Notes under the pieces: model-generated
Told to the model about the DNA's origin: nothing
What the model saw: the letters and a program-made list of their open reading frames with translations, nothing else
The model's database searches: none
Position numbers and translations under genes: made by a program
Origin: Sessilibacter corallicola
GTDB lineage: Bacteria > Pseudomonadota > Gammaproteobacteria > Pseudomonadales > Cellvibrionaceae
Direction of reading: 5' to 3'
Length of the DNA: 64,000 bases
NCBI RefSeq assembly: GCF_021290925.1
Contig: NZ_JAJSLX010000002.1
Coordinates: 1,110,235-1,174,234 of the forward strand
Shown: positions 10,471-19,618 of the stretch, piece after piece
How the letters are laid out: each line of letters begins with the position of its first letter
Numbering within the stretch: the stretch's first letter is position 1

Positions 10471-11021
10471 AATGTATTCTCGCGATTATCGATATCGACA
10501 TTTTCTACAACAATGGCCGGGCCTTTTGAGTAATCATAAATATGATAGCCGTGCCAGGTGTGCGTCGTATTTCTAAAAACACTGAGGTCTGTCTTTTTGA
10601 TTTTTTCTGCCAGGGAATTGGTAAGGTACACCGCAATGACTTCTTGCTTTTCAGTACCCGCAGGTGTCGACACAAACGCTTGATAGTTAATCTCGGTATT
10701 TGGCGCAATGTTCATAACGCTTAATGCGGTATAGATGTAGCTCGACTGCTTTTCTTCCGGCAGCGTTTTTAACGTGGCCAAAAATTTAATGTTGTTGGGC
10801 GCAATGATCGCTATTTTGCCAGAGTAAGCCGACTTTGATTGTTTGATTAAATCGGAAAGATCTATTCGAATGTGAGGGTCTTCGATAAGATAGTTTTTTT
10901 CGACAAGTAACCCTTTTGCGTTCACTGTGCTTGTTATTGCTAATACAGTTGTTGCGGCATAAATAAAGTAAAGAAATGATGTTTTTATTTTTTTAGCGGA
11001 TTTTCTTATATTAAAAATCAT
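10467..11021 (-). CDS. Hypothetical periplasmic protein in the pilus operon (start chosen at MIFNIRK, GAGG RBS 9 nt upstream)
   Basis: ORF 10467..11075. The internal ATG at 11021 is preceded by GAGG and is followed by a basic N-region and hydrophobic signal (FLYFIYAATTVLAITSTVNA). No pilin N-terminus. Confidence 0.35.
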   Translation of the reverse strand: MIFNIRKSAKKIKTSFLYFIYAATTVLAITSTVNAKGLLVEKNYLIEDPHIRIDLSDLIKQSKSAYSGKIAIIAPNNIKFLATLKTLPEEKQSSYIYTALSVMNIAPNTEINYQAFVSTPAGTEKQEVIAVYLTNSLAEKIKKTDLSVFRNTTHTWHGYHIYDYSKGPAIVVENVDIDNRENTL

Positions 11022-11109
11022 TTCAAAATGCCTCTTACATCTTATTTCAATGTAATGCGTTACGCAGTTATTCACAGGTTAAAAATGTTGGTTAAATCGT
11101 TGCCCGTAT

Positions 11110-11763
11110 TTATGGGCAGGCGACGATATCGTCGGTGGTAAAATTTCCAGAACAGAGATTGTTATAAAAATCTGCTTCGTCTGCTGCGACCGCACTTAAA
11201 CCTAGGCCGCCAAATTCGTCATAGCTACCGTTGATGCCAGCACTGACAATAACGGAGCGATTATTTAATGTCAGTAATAAGTACGCATTACTGAATGGAT
11301 CTAGCAGTGTTGTATTACTGGGGCCAAAATCCCCCGTTGCTCCTGAATTTAAACCCGACAACGCAATCGTCAATCCGTTGATAATAGTCGATGTATTTAA
11401 CGGTTCACTCAGGTAAGGGCCACGCCAACCGCGCTGTGCAATTGTGTCCCAATTGTAATATTGCACGTCGGTTAAAATAGACCAATCGAAGGCAATGCTG
11501 TGTTCGTCAAAATCGCCATCGCCGTCGAGATCAATTAATCCCGGCCAAAATCCTGTGTCGGCATTAAATTGGCGAATGGCTTGGGCTAACTCGGCAATTT
11601 CTACTTCTGTTAAATTTTCACGTTCCGTTTGATCAATGCCGTCGTACAGCGAAATTCCAATTCCGGCAAGCGCTACTAAAATACTGATAACCACCAGTAA
11701 TTCCAGCAGACTGAAACCTTGTTGCGCTGTTATTGGGCGACTTTTTTTTTTTGATAAATACAT
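11110..11763 (-). CDS. Type IV minor pilin (prepilin-type N-terminus)
   Basis: MYLSKKKSRPITAQQG|FSLLELLVVISILVALAGIGI is a class III signal. The protein carries IDLDGDGDFDE. The leader coding region contains an A11 homopolymer. Confidence 0.7.
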   Translation of the reverse strand: MYLSKKKSRPITAQQGFSLLELLVVISILVALAGIGISLYDGIDQTERENLTEVEIAELAQAIRQFNADTGFWPGLIDLDGDGDFDEHSIAFDWSILTDVQYYNWDTIAQRGWRGPYLSEPLNTSTIINGLTIALSGLNSGATGDFGPSNTTLLDPFSNAYLLLTLNNRSVIVSAGINGSYDEFGGLGLSAVAADEADFYNNLCSGNFTTDDIVACP

Positions 11764-11796
11764 CGTTAAATTCGCATTATCAAATAGGGGCAGCAC

Positions 11797-11831
11797 GTAA
11801 AACGGCGGAACCTAAGTTCCACCGTTTTTTA
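11797..11831 (-). terminator. Intrinsic terminator / attenuator hairpin between major and minor pilin genes
   Basis: AAAACGGTGGAAC-TTAG-GTTCCGCCGTTTT stem-loop flanked by A/T runs, directly downstream of the major pilin stop (minus strand). Symmetric, so it would work in both directions. Confidence 0.55.
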
Positions 11832-11851
11832 TAGACTAAGCAATAAAAGAC

Positions 11852-12888
11852 TTAGATGGTGTTACGAGTTCCGTCCCATTCACCCAATTCTTCTTCTTTG
11901 GTATCGCCAGCGCCATCAATTACGGTAATGAAAGTAATTTGATCAGCAGTGTCGTAACCGCCCGCAGTGGCTGCGTTGAAGGTACCAATATTAAATACAG
12001 CAGCGAAGCGACCGTATTGAGTTTCTGAAACGTGACGGTAAACAGGAACTGTGGTCATACCGCCAAGGTCGTTGGTGTTGAACAAAGTAGACGATGGGCC
12101 AAGGCCAACGAGCATAAGAACTGGTGTGGTGTCAGCACCGACAGTAATTGCTTCACCTGGAGTACCAGTACCAAGCGTTGGACCACCTAGACCGTCAAAT
12201 GGAACGCCCGCTGCGCCAAGTACACGCTCATAACCACCGGTCCAAACAAGCACTTGGTCACCCGCTGCAAGAGTTTGGTTACCACCGCAACCGTTAGCCG
12301 CAGGAGTCATGAAGATGTTGTTAGAAACAACAGCGTTTGCACGTGAAGCGATGGTGTCAACAACGTTTGCTGCTGCACAGTCAGTAGTGTCGCCGTCACC
12401 GTCTAGGTCAGCTGCGTTGCCGTAATCTAAGTATTGAAGAGAGCTAATACCGATGTCGTTAAGCGCTGTAACGGTATCTGCTGTTAACGCGATGGTACCT
12501 GCGTCTTCAATAGCAACCAATTCGTTTGCTGGGAAAGTTGCTGCTGCGGCGTTGCCGTCAGTAGTAAGGTCAACACCAAGCATAGAATCAAATGTGTCTG
12601 GGAATTGGTTTTTATTCAAAACACGGAAGGTGTGAATACCTTTGTTTAATTCGTCCATCATAGCAACGTGAGCTGCGGCAGAAGCACGAGCGTCAGTGTC
12701 TTGAAGAGCGATCGTGGCAGTACCGGCGATGGCGGCAAGAATAGCAACAACAACCAATAATTCTAAAAGGGTGAAACCACCTTGTTTGCTTTTTAGTTTA
12801 CGTGCTTTTTCACGTAGAGAATCGTCTTGGATGGATTCAACATCGATTTTTTTAAAGCGCTTTAGCAAATTTTTTGCATTTAAGTTCA
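11852..12888 (-). CDS. Major type IVa pilin (MshA-like mature N-terminus) with an unusually long ~38-aa basic leader
   Basis: GGAG RBS 8 nt upstream of ATG (12888). The sequence is MNLNAKNLLKRFKKIDVESIQDDSLREKARKLKSKQGG|FTLLELLVVVAILAAIAG. The mature part is Gly/Thr/Ala/Asp-rich and contains DLDGDGDTTD. First gene of the cluster and followed by a terminator, as is typical for major pilins. Confidence 0.75.
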
Positions 12889-13112
12889 TTGTAAATACTC
12901 CTAGTATGGATCTCGAAATTGCTGCACAAACACGCAACCATCAAAGCGTTATTTGCTTGATACTGATTGGTTAATAAAGTGTGTTTAATGCGATAACAAT
13001 TAGCGGTCTCCACCCACAGGAGCAGCGCTAACACTCAGCTTCACCAGCTGAAATCTTCCTGAAAATTTTCCCTAAATTCTGTTTAATTTATAAAAACGTA
13101 AAGCGAAAATAA

Positions 13113-13352
13113 TTACGCTAAAATGTCTCGTTTTAATAAATGTTTTAAAGCTGATTCATTGGCAAGTGCGTTGTCACAATTTAAAACGTGTCGGTATTGT
13201 TTGCCGCAATGAATGATAATTTCTTTTTGGCCGCGTCTTAAAATACGCATTTCTACACGTATTTCTCCAAAGCCATCGTGATTAAAAAGCTCACAATAAA
13301 GATCGAGAAATTGTTGCAAAATTGGCATATGAGGTTGTTCAGGTGACGTCAA
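13113..13352 (-). CDS. Small hypothetical protein (79 aa) immediately upstream of the major pilin gene; possible regulator
   Basis: ORF with an A/T-rich upstream region; Cys/His-containing (…IIIHCGKQYRHVLNCDN…). No recognised family. Confidence 0.3.
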   Translation of the reverse strand: MTSPEQPHMPILQQFLDLYCELFNHDGFGEIRVEMRILRRGQKEIIIHCGKQYRHVLNCDNALANESALKHLLKRDILA

Positions 13353-13949
13353 ACTATCGGTCCTCTCTCATAATTAAATTACGTATGTAAATTTTTGTCT
13401 GTTGTAATGAATAAACGATCAAGACAATGCGTTAAATCATTATTTTCCAGATGATAAATAGCCAACAAATCAATCTGCCACAGGCAAAGATCTGTTCAAA
13501 GATTAATCTGGCTGGGTATTTAAGATAACAATTTAATAACTTCTATTCGCAAATGATATATATTCTCATCTGAGTGGGCAAGCATTATTTATAAGAAAAA
13601 CTAAAATTATTCAGATATATCGTTTATTCAAATTGTTCGCGCAAAATTTGAGGATACATTAAGAAATATAGCGGGCCACATAATAGAAAGAGAAATAAAG
13701 AGATATAAAGAGAAATGGAAAGAAATTCAGAGAAATTGAGGAAAGTTGAATCTAGATCAAGACAGCGGATTTTAAAATAGAATTAAAACTGAAAACATTG
13801 CCGTTATGAATTTCGAGAACAGTGATCCCTCTGATAAATAATATGTAGGTGGTTAATAACATTTGTTATGGCTGTTAATTCTCGGATCTTTTAAATTCAT
13901 TGGTTTGTTAGATTCTGAATCTGTTTATCTTTTCAAAATTTTACGTCGT

Positions 13950-13973
13950 AAACCTAAACCTAAACCTAAACCT
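13950..13973. repeat. (AAACCT)4 hexanucleotide tandem repeat in the pilus-operon upstream region
   Basis: Perfect 4 x AAACCT read directly from the sequence. A purine-rich AGAGAAAT-like run lies nearby at 13680-13750. Confidence 0.8.
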
Positions 13974-14056
13974 AAAGCAAAGGCTATGGAAAAATATATC
14001 AGAATTCAAATATTAGAAGCGCCTTGTAATAACGGCGCTTTTTTTAATTATAGATT

Positions 14057-15682
14057 TCACATGTTAGGGTAATTAGGCCCACCACCGGCTTCGGGCGGAA
14101 CCCACTGAATGTTTTGACAGGGGTCTTTAATATCGCAGGTTTTACAATGTAAGCAGTTTTGCGCATTGATTTGTAATTGCGGGCCTGCCTGATTGTCGAT
14201 AATTTCGTAAACTCCGGCCGGGCAGTATCGCTGTGCGGGTTCTTTGTAGAGCGGCATATTCACGGTAACTGGAATTTCTTCTTTGCTCAGTTGTAAATGA
14301 CAGGGCTGATCTTCTTCATGATTGGTATTGGATAAATAAACGGACGACAATTTATCAAATGATAGAATTCCATCCGGGCGAGGGTATTGAATTTTCTCGC
14401 ATTGAGAGGCTTCTTTAAGTTTTGCGTTGTCTTCGTGTCGGTCATGAAGTGTTAAGGGAAATTTACTGTTCAATAAATTTTGGTCAAGGGTATTAAAAGC
14501 ACCGCCCAGCCAATGGCCGAATTTATGCAGTGCGGGACCGAAGTTTCTTGAATTGAATAATTCATCGTAAAGCCAACTGTCTTTAAATAAGCGCTCGTAA
14601 GAATTAGCTTGGGTTGAATTATTGTTAATTGCATCGTTAATTGCTTGCGCAGCCAACATGCCGGATTTCATTGCTGTATGAGTACCCTTGATTCGCGATA
14701 CATTCAATGTGCCTGCGTCGCAGCCAATAAGTAACCCACCGGGGAAGTGCATTTTCGGTAACGAGTTAAATCCACCTTTGGTAATTGCTCTGGCGCCGTA
14801 AGCAATGCGTTTGCCACCTTTTAAATGCTTGGCCAGAACGGGATGGTGTTTTAGGCGTTGAAATTCTTCATACGGATTTAACCAAGGGTTGCTGTAATTT
14901 AAATCGACAATTAAACCCACCGAAATTTGGTGATCGTCTGTGTGATACAGAAAAAATCCGCCGCTGGTGTTTTTATCCAAAGGCCAGCCTGAGCCGTGAA
15001 TAACAAGACCGGGGGTGTGTTGCTCGGGTTCTATTTGCCAGAGTTCTTTTAAACCTATGGCGTAATGTTGTGGGTCGCGGTCTCGATCCAAATCAAAGTG
15101 GTTGATTAACTCTTTGCCCAAGTGGCCTCGGCAACCCTCGCTGAAAATCGTAAATTTTGCAGTGAGTGCCATGCCTTGCATGTACGAATCTTTGGGCATG
15201 TTGTCTTGACCAACACCCATATCGCCGGTGTAGATACCTTTAACGGTGTCGTCGTCATAGATAATTTCGGCGCCGGTAAATCCGGGAAAAATATCCACGC
15301 CCAGTTCTTCAGCTTGTGCCGCCAACCAACGGCACAAGTTACCTAAACTAACCGCGTAGTTATTATTGTTGTGTAACGACTTAGGCGCCATCCAATTGGG
15401 AATTTTTGTGGCAGAGCTGTCATTGTTTAACAGATAAATCTCATCGCGCACCACGGCGGTAGTAACCGGTGCCTGTTGGTTTTTCCAATCCGGGAATAAT
15501 TCATTTAATGCGCGCGGATCAATGACTGCGCCCGATAAAATGTGCGCGCCAACTTCGGAGCCTTTCTCAATAACCGCGACAGATAATTCTTCATTCAATT
15601 GTTTTAATCGGCAAGCTGCTGATAATCCCGCAGGACCAGCACCCACAATGAGGACATCAAATTCCATGTGTTCTCGTTCCAT
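14057..15682 (-). CDS. Electron-transfer flavoprotein:ubiquinone oxidoreductase (ETF-QO)
   Basis: 541 aa with an FAD-binding N-terminus (DVLIVGAGPAGLSAA) and a C-terminal 4Fe-4S ferredoxin-like CLHCKTCDIKDPCQNI motif. Confidence 0.9.
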   Translation of the reverse strand: MEREHMEFDVLIVGAGPAGLSAACRLKQLNEELSVAVIEKGSEVGAHILSGAVIDPRALNELFPDWKNQQAPVTTAVVRDEIYLLNNDSSATKIPNWMAPKSLHNNNNYAVSLGNLCRWLAAQAEELGVDIFPGFTGAEIIYDDDTVKGIYTGDMGVGQDNMPKDSYMQGMALTAKFTIFSEGCRGHLGKELINHFDLDRDRDPQHYAIGLKELWQIEPEQHTPGLVIHGSGWPLDKNTSGGFFLYHTDDHQISVGLIVDLNYSNPWLNPYEEFQRLKHHPVLAKHLKGGKRIAYGARAITKGGFNSLPKMHFPGGLLIGCDAGTLNVSRIKGTHTAMKSGMLAAQAINDAINNNSTQANSYERLFKDSWLYDELFNSRNFGPALHKFGHWLGGAFNTLDQNLLNSKFPLTLHDRHEDNAKLKEASQCEKIQYPRPDGILSFDKLSSVYLSNTNHEEDQPCHLQLSKEEIPVTVNMPLYKEPAQRYCPAGVYEIIDNQAGPQLQINAQNCLHCKTCDIKDPCQNIQWVPPEAGGGPNYPNM

Positions 15683-15694
15683 AATGGATTCTCC

Positions 15695-17485
15695 TCAGAA
15701 TTGTTCCGCGCTTAAATCCAAAATAGAGACTAAACCGGTGCAGACAATGTCTTTGTGTTGAGAAACACGGGGCAGATAATAGTGGCTGTAAAAAACTGCG
15801 GTGTTTATTTTGGTTGCTAAGAACGCGTGCCCGTAATCGTTTTCTTGATCTATTAATACGCTGGCGGCATGAGCGCTTTTTGCCAGTAACCAGCCTCCAA
15901 CTAAATACCCCATCATCATTAAATTATCGAAGCTTACGTTACCCGCTAGAAGTTTATTATTAGCGGCGTTCTCTAAAATCCAATCGGTGGCTGTTAATGC
16001 GTGATCGAGTGCGTGGCCAAGTTTTTCGCCAATTTGTTGCAGTTGGCTGTTGTCGTGATTGGTGAGTAATTCCGCTGTAGACTGAATTTCTGCTAACAGC
16101 TGTTTTAACGATTGACCGTTATCCGACAGGGTTTTTCTGCCGATTAAATCCAGTGCTTGAATTCCAGTTGTGCCTTCGTAGATGGGTAAAATTCTCGCAT
16201 CGCGGTAGTGCTGTGCGGCTCCGGTTTCTTCCACAAATCCCATGCCGCCGTGAACTTGTATATTTAATGATGTTAGTTCTTGGGCAAATTCGGTCATCCA
16301 GCCTTTGACGATTGGCGTTAGCAGTTCTACGCGTTTTTGTTGCTGCTGTTTTTCACTTTGCTCAAATTGATTATTGTGGGCGAGATCGATATCGGCTGCG
16401 GCGGTCAGTGCCAATGCACGCATGGCTTCGGTGCCGCTTTTCATGGCCATTAACATGCGGCGAACGTCGGGATGTTGAATAATGGCGGCTTTTTCACCTT
16501 GGGCGTTCAAGCCTTGAATGCGCTCTTGACTGTATTGACGGCTTTGTTGGTAGGCGCGCTCGGAGATGGATAAACCCTGTAGGCCGACGGATTGCCGAGC
16601 GTGATTCATCATGGTGAACATATAGCTTAAGCCTTTGTTGGCTTCGCCGACCAAATAGCCTACAGCGCCGCCTTGGTCGCCAAAATTCATCACACAGGTT
16701 GGACTGCCGTGAATACCTAATTTGTGTTCTAACGACGAACAATTAACATCGTTTAATTCGCCCAACTGGCCGTTTTCGTCGATTATGTATTTGGGGACAA
16801 TAAATAAAGAAATCCCTTTTACGCCCGCAGGTGCGTCTGGTAAACGGGCTAATACCAAATGCACAATATTGGGTGTCATTTGATGATCACCCCAAGTGAT
16901 AAATATCTTCTGGCCAATAATTTTAAGGGCATTACCGTCGGGAATGGCCTTGCAGGCGACTGCGGCTAAGTCGGAACCGGCATTGGGTTCGGTGAGGTTC
17001 ATGGTGCCAGTCCATTCACCGCTGATAAGTTTGGGTAAGTACTGTTGTTGTAATCCGGGGCTGCCGTGTGCAATTAATGCTTCGATGGCGCCTTGGCTTA
17101 GCATTGGGCACAAGGCAAAGGCCATATTGGCCGAATGCCACAGTTCATTAACTGCGGTTCCAATTACATTCGGTAACGCCTGGCCGCCGAATTCTTCAGG
17201 TGCGGTTAAGGTTGGCCAACCGTTGTCGATATATTGTTGGTAGGCTTGTGAAAATCCAGGGGTTTCTGTGACTTGTCCGGCGGATGTGACGGGATGTTGT
17301 TGATCGCCCACAATATTCAGTGGCGACAATACCTCACTGGCTAATTTGCCTGCTTCTTCAATAATGGTTTTTGCAAGATCGACAGTAATCTCGCTGTGGT
17401 TAAGCGTTTCGCATAGTTGGTCGAAACCAATGACATGTTCTAGCACAAACGCAGAATCTTGGAGTGGGGCGGTGTAAGTTGTCAT
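15695..17485 (-). CDS. Long-form acyl-CoA dehydrogenase (~596 aa)
   Basis: Acyl-CoA dehydrogenase N/M/C domain motifs with an extended C-terminus. Start taken at MTTYTAPLQ (GGAGA RBS); the ORF track extends to 17536. Confidence 0.85.
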   Translation of the reverse strand: MTTYTAPLQDSAFVLEHVIGFDQLCETLNHSEITVDLAKTIIEEAGKLASEVLSPLNIVGDQQHPVTSAGQVTETPGFSQAYQQYIDNGWPTLTAPEEFGGQALPNVIGTAVNELWHSANMAFALCPMLSQGAIEALIAHGSPGLQQQYLPKLISGEWTGTMNLTEPNAGSDLAAVACKAIPDGNALKIIGQKIFITWGDHQMTPNIVHLVLARLPDAPAGVKGISLFIVPKYIIDENGQLGELNDVNCSSLEHKLGIHGSPTCVMNFGDQGGAVGYLVGEANKGLSYMFTMMNHARQSVGLQGLSISERAYQQSRQYSQERIQGLNAQGEKAAIIQHPDVRRMLMAMKSGTEAMRALALTAAADIDLAHNNQFEQSEKQQQQKRVELLTPIVKGWMTEFAQELTSLNIQVHGGMGFVEETGAAQHYRDARILPIYEGTTGIQALDLIGRKTLSDNGQSLKQLLAEIQSTAELLTNHDNSQLQQIGEKLGHALDHALTATDWILENAANNKLLAGNVSFDNLMMMGYLVGGWLLAKSAHAASVLIDQENDYGHAFLATKINTAVFYSHYYLPRVSQHKDIVCTGLVSILDLSAEQF

Positions 17486-17585
17486 TGAGAAATCTCCAAA
17501 TTCTGGATAATGGCGATGGTAAATAAATGAATACATTTAAAGGTTGATGAATTAAATCACTCAACCTTTAAAACGTTTTTTTAGG

Positions 17586-17843
17586 CTAGGGCCTGTTCAC
17601 ACTCATTTAATCACACCTGCTGGAGCGTATTTTTTTCGTATTTTAGGCGCAGTGAGTGTGATTTGGTTGTTCCAAATGAACGAGCTGCAACACGAAATAC
17701 GGGAAAAATACGCCGAGCCCGTAGGGTCGCCCCTAAAACACGCCATTCGTTGTTGTTCGGCGCGCTAAACTGCACTCCTCACGCCTAGACTGACGCGTTT
17801 TAGGGGCGACAGGTGTGGTTAAATTAGTGTGAACAGGCCCTAG
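17586..17843. mobile_element. MITE-like non-autonomous element (copy 1), ~40-bp terminal inverted repeats beginning GGCCTGTTCACAC, flanked by CTAG on both sides
   Basis: Near-identical inverted copy at 32727..32994. Its termini match the ends of the IS5-family remnant at 37388..38178. Strong internal palindromes. Confidence 0.8.
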
Positions 17844-17848
17844 ATGGC

Positions 17849-18784
17849 TTATGGTAATTTTTCCCGTAATTCAGGAATAACCTCAAATAAGTCAGCGACC
17901 AATCCATAATCGGCGACGGAAAAAATGGGGGCTTCTTCGTCTTTATTGATAGCGACAATGGTTTTCGAATCTTTCATGCCGGCTAAATGTTGAATCGCGC
18001 CAGAAATACCCACGGCAATATACAATTGCGGTGCAACAATTTTTCCGGTTTGGCCCACTTGTTTATCGTTGGGGACAAAGCCTGAATCCACCGCCGCTCT
18101 GGAGGCACCCACGGCCGCACCGAGTTGATCGGCGAGCTGTTCAATTAAGGCAAAATTTTCACTGCTGCCCAAACCACGACCGCCAGAAATAATAATATTG
18201 GCATTGCTTAACTCAGGACGATCCGATTGTTCAACCTGTTCAGAAACGAACGCGACAAGGTTGGTTTCTGGTAAAGCGTTCACGGCAATAATTTCTGCGT
18301 TTTGGCTGTCGCTGAATGCGGCTTCTTCAAACGCGGAACTGCGCACAGTAATGACTTTCACTGGGTCTAGGGATTTTACGGTAGCAATGGCGTTACCGGC
18401 GTAAATTGGCCGCTCGAAAGTATCGTTGGCGACAATGGCGGTGATGTCTGAGAGTTGAGTTACGTCGAGCTTGGCGGCAACTCTGGGCAGAATATTTTTA
18501 TAATTACTGGTTGCCGGAGCAAGAATGTAATAATAGTCGTTACCCAGCTCGGTAATGAGTGCGGCGATATTTTCGGCGAGTTGGTGTTCGTAAACGGAAC
18601 TGTCTGCATACAGCACTTTGCTGACGCCGGTAATTTTTGCCGCCTGTTCAGCCACGGCCTGACAGTTGAAGCCTGCGACTAACACATGAATTTCATCGTT
18701 CAATTGAGTTGATGCGGAAACGGTATTTAATGTTGATTGTTTTAGGGTGTGATTATCGTGTTCTGCAGTCACTAAAATTGCCAT
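17849..18784 (-). CDS. etfA: Electron transfer flavoprotein alpha subunit
   Basis: 311 aa with a C-terminal FAD-binding ETF-alpha signature (…[37 protein letters not shown]…). Confidence 0.9.
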   Translation of the reverse strand: MAILVTAEHDNHTLKQSTLNTVSASTQLNDEIHVLVAGFNCQAVAEQAAKITGVSKVLYADSSVYEHQLAENIAALITELGNDYYYILAPATSNYKNILPRVAAKLDVTQLSDITAIVANDTFERPIYAGNAIATVKSLDPVKVITVRSSAFEEAAFSDSQNAEIIAVNALPETNLVAFVSEQVEQSDRPELSNANIIISGGRGLGSSENFALIEQLADQLGAAVGASRAAVDSGFVPNDKQVGQTGKIVAPQLYIAVGISGAIQHLAGMKDSKTIVAINKDEEAPIFSVADYGLVADLFEVIPELREKLP

Positions 18785-18793
18785 AAACGCCTC

Positions 18794-19543
18794 TTAAATT
18801 ACCTTTGCTTCAAATTTCAATTTTTCGATCAGTTCATCAACGCTGTTTACCATAACGCCTTGTTCGCGTTTTGCCGGTTCTGCAACGCTTGTTAATTGCG
18901 TGTGTTGCTTGAGTGTTACGCCGAGTTCGTCGGGCGTAAGCACCTGCAAGGGTTTGCGTTTTGCTTTCATGATGTTAGGTAAGGCAGCATAGCGCGGTTC
19001 GTTTAAGCGTAAATCCGTGGTGACTACTGCTGGTAATGTGAGTGATAAGGTTTGCAAGCCGCCGTCAATTTCACGGGTAACCAGTAATTTTTCGTTTTCC
19101 ACGCAAACCTTAGAGGCAAAGGTTCCCTGAGAACAGTTGAGTAAGGCAGCCAACATTTGCCCGGTTTGATTGTTGTCGGAATCGATGGCTTGCTTGCCAA
19201 GAATGATCAAATCGATCTGTTCACGCTCGGCAATTTTAGCTAATAATTTTGCAACGTTTAAAGAATCAGAGGTGTTTTCGGTTTCAACGTGAATTCCTCT
19301 GTCTGCACCCAAAGCCAGTGCTGAGCGAATCTGTTCTTGGCAAGGCTTTTCACCGATAGATGCCACCACAATTTCTGTAGCAATCCCAGACTCTTTTAAA
19401 CGCACGGCTTCTTCAACAGCAATTTCACAAAAAGGATTCATTGCCATTTTTATATTGGCTAGGTCAACGTCGGAGTTGTCGGGTTTGACTCTGACTTTTG
19501 CGTTGTAGTCAATAACGCGCTTAACAGCAACTAGTATTTTCAT
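18794..19543 (-). CDS. etfB: Electron transfer flavoprotein beta subunit
   Basis: 249 aa, [20 protein letters not shown]… typical EtfB N-terminus. Immediately upstream of etfA. Confidence 0.9.
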   Translation of the reverse strand: MKILVAVKRVIDYNAKVRVKPDNSDVDLANIKMAMNPFCEIAVEEAVRLKESGIATEIVVASIGEKPCQEQIRSALALGADRGIHVETENTSDSLNVAKLLAKIAEREQIDLIILGKQAIDSDNNQTGQMLAALLNCSQGTFASKVCVENEKLLVTREIDGGLQTLSLTLPAVVTTDLRLNEPRYAALPNIMKAKRKPLQVLTPDELGVTLKQHTQLTSVAEPAKREQGVMVNSVDELIEKLKFEAKVI

Positions 19544-19618
19544 TTTTCATTCCGCTGGTAAAAAACGCTCCTTAAGCGAAGCGTTTAAAGGTTGAAGCTT
19601 TTGGTATTTTTAATGTTG

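Noticed and set aside
12889-13000. Possible sigma-54 (-24/-12) promoter upstream of the major pilin (TGGTTGCGTGTTTGTGCA on the minus strand)
   Set aside because: GG-to-GC spacing is 2 nt off the TGGCAC-N5-TTGC consensus. Cannot be supported without TSS data.
13863-14072. 69-aa ORF encoding KPKPKPKPKAK
   Set aside because: The product is just a translation of the (AAACCT)4 repeat in an AT-rich intergenic region.
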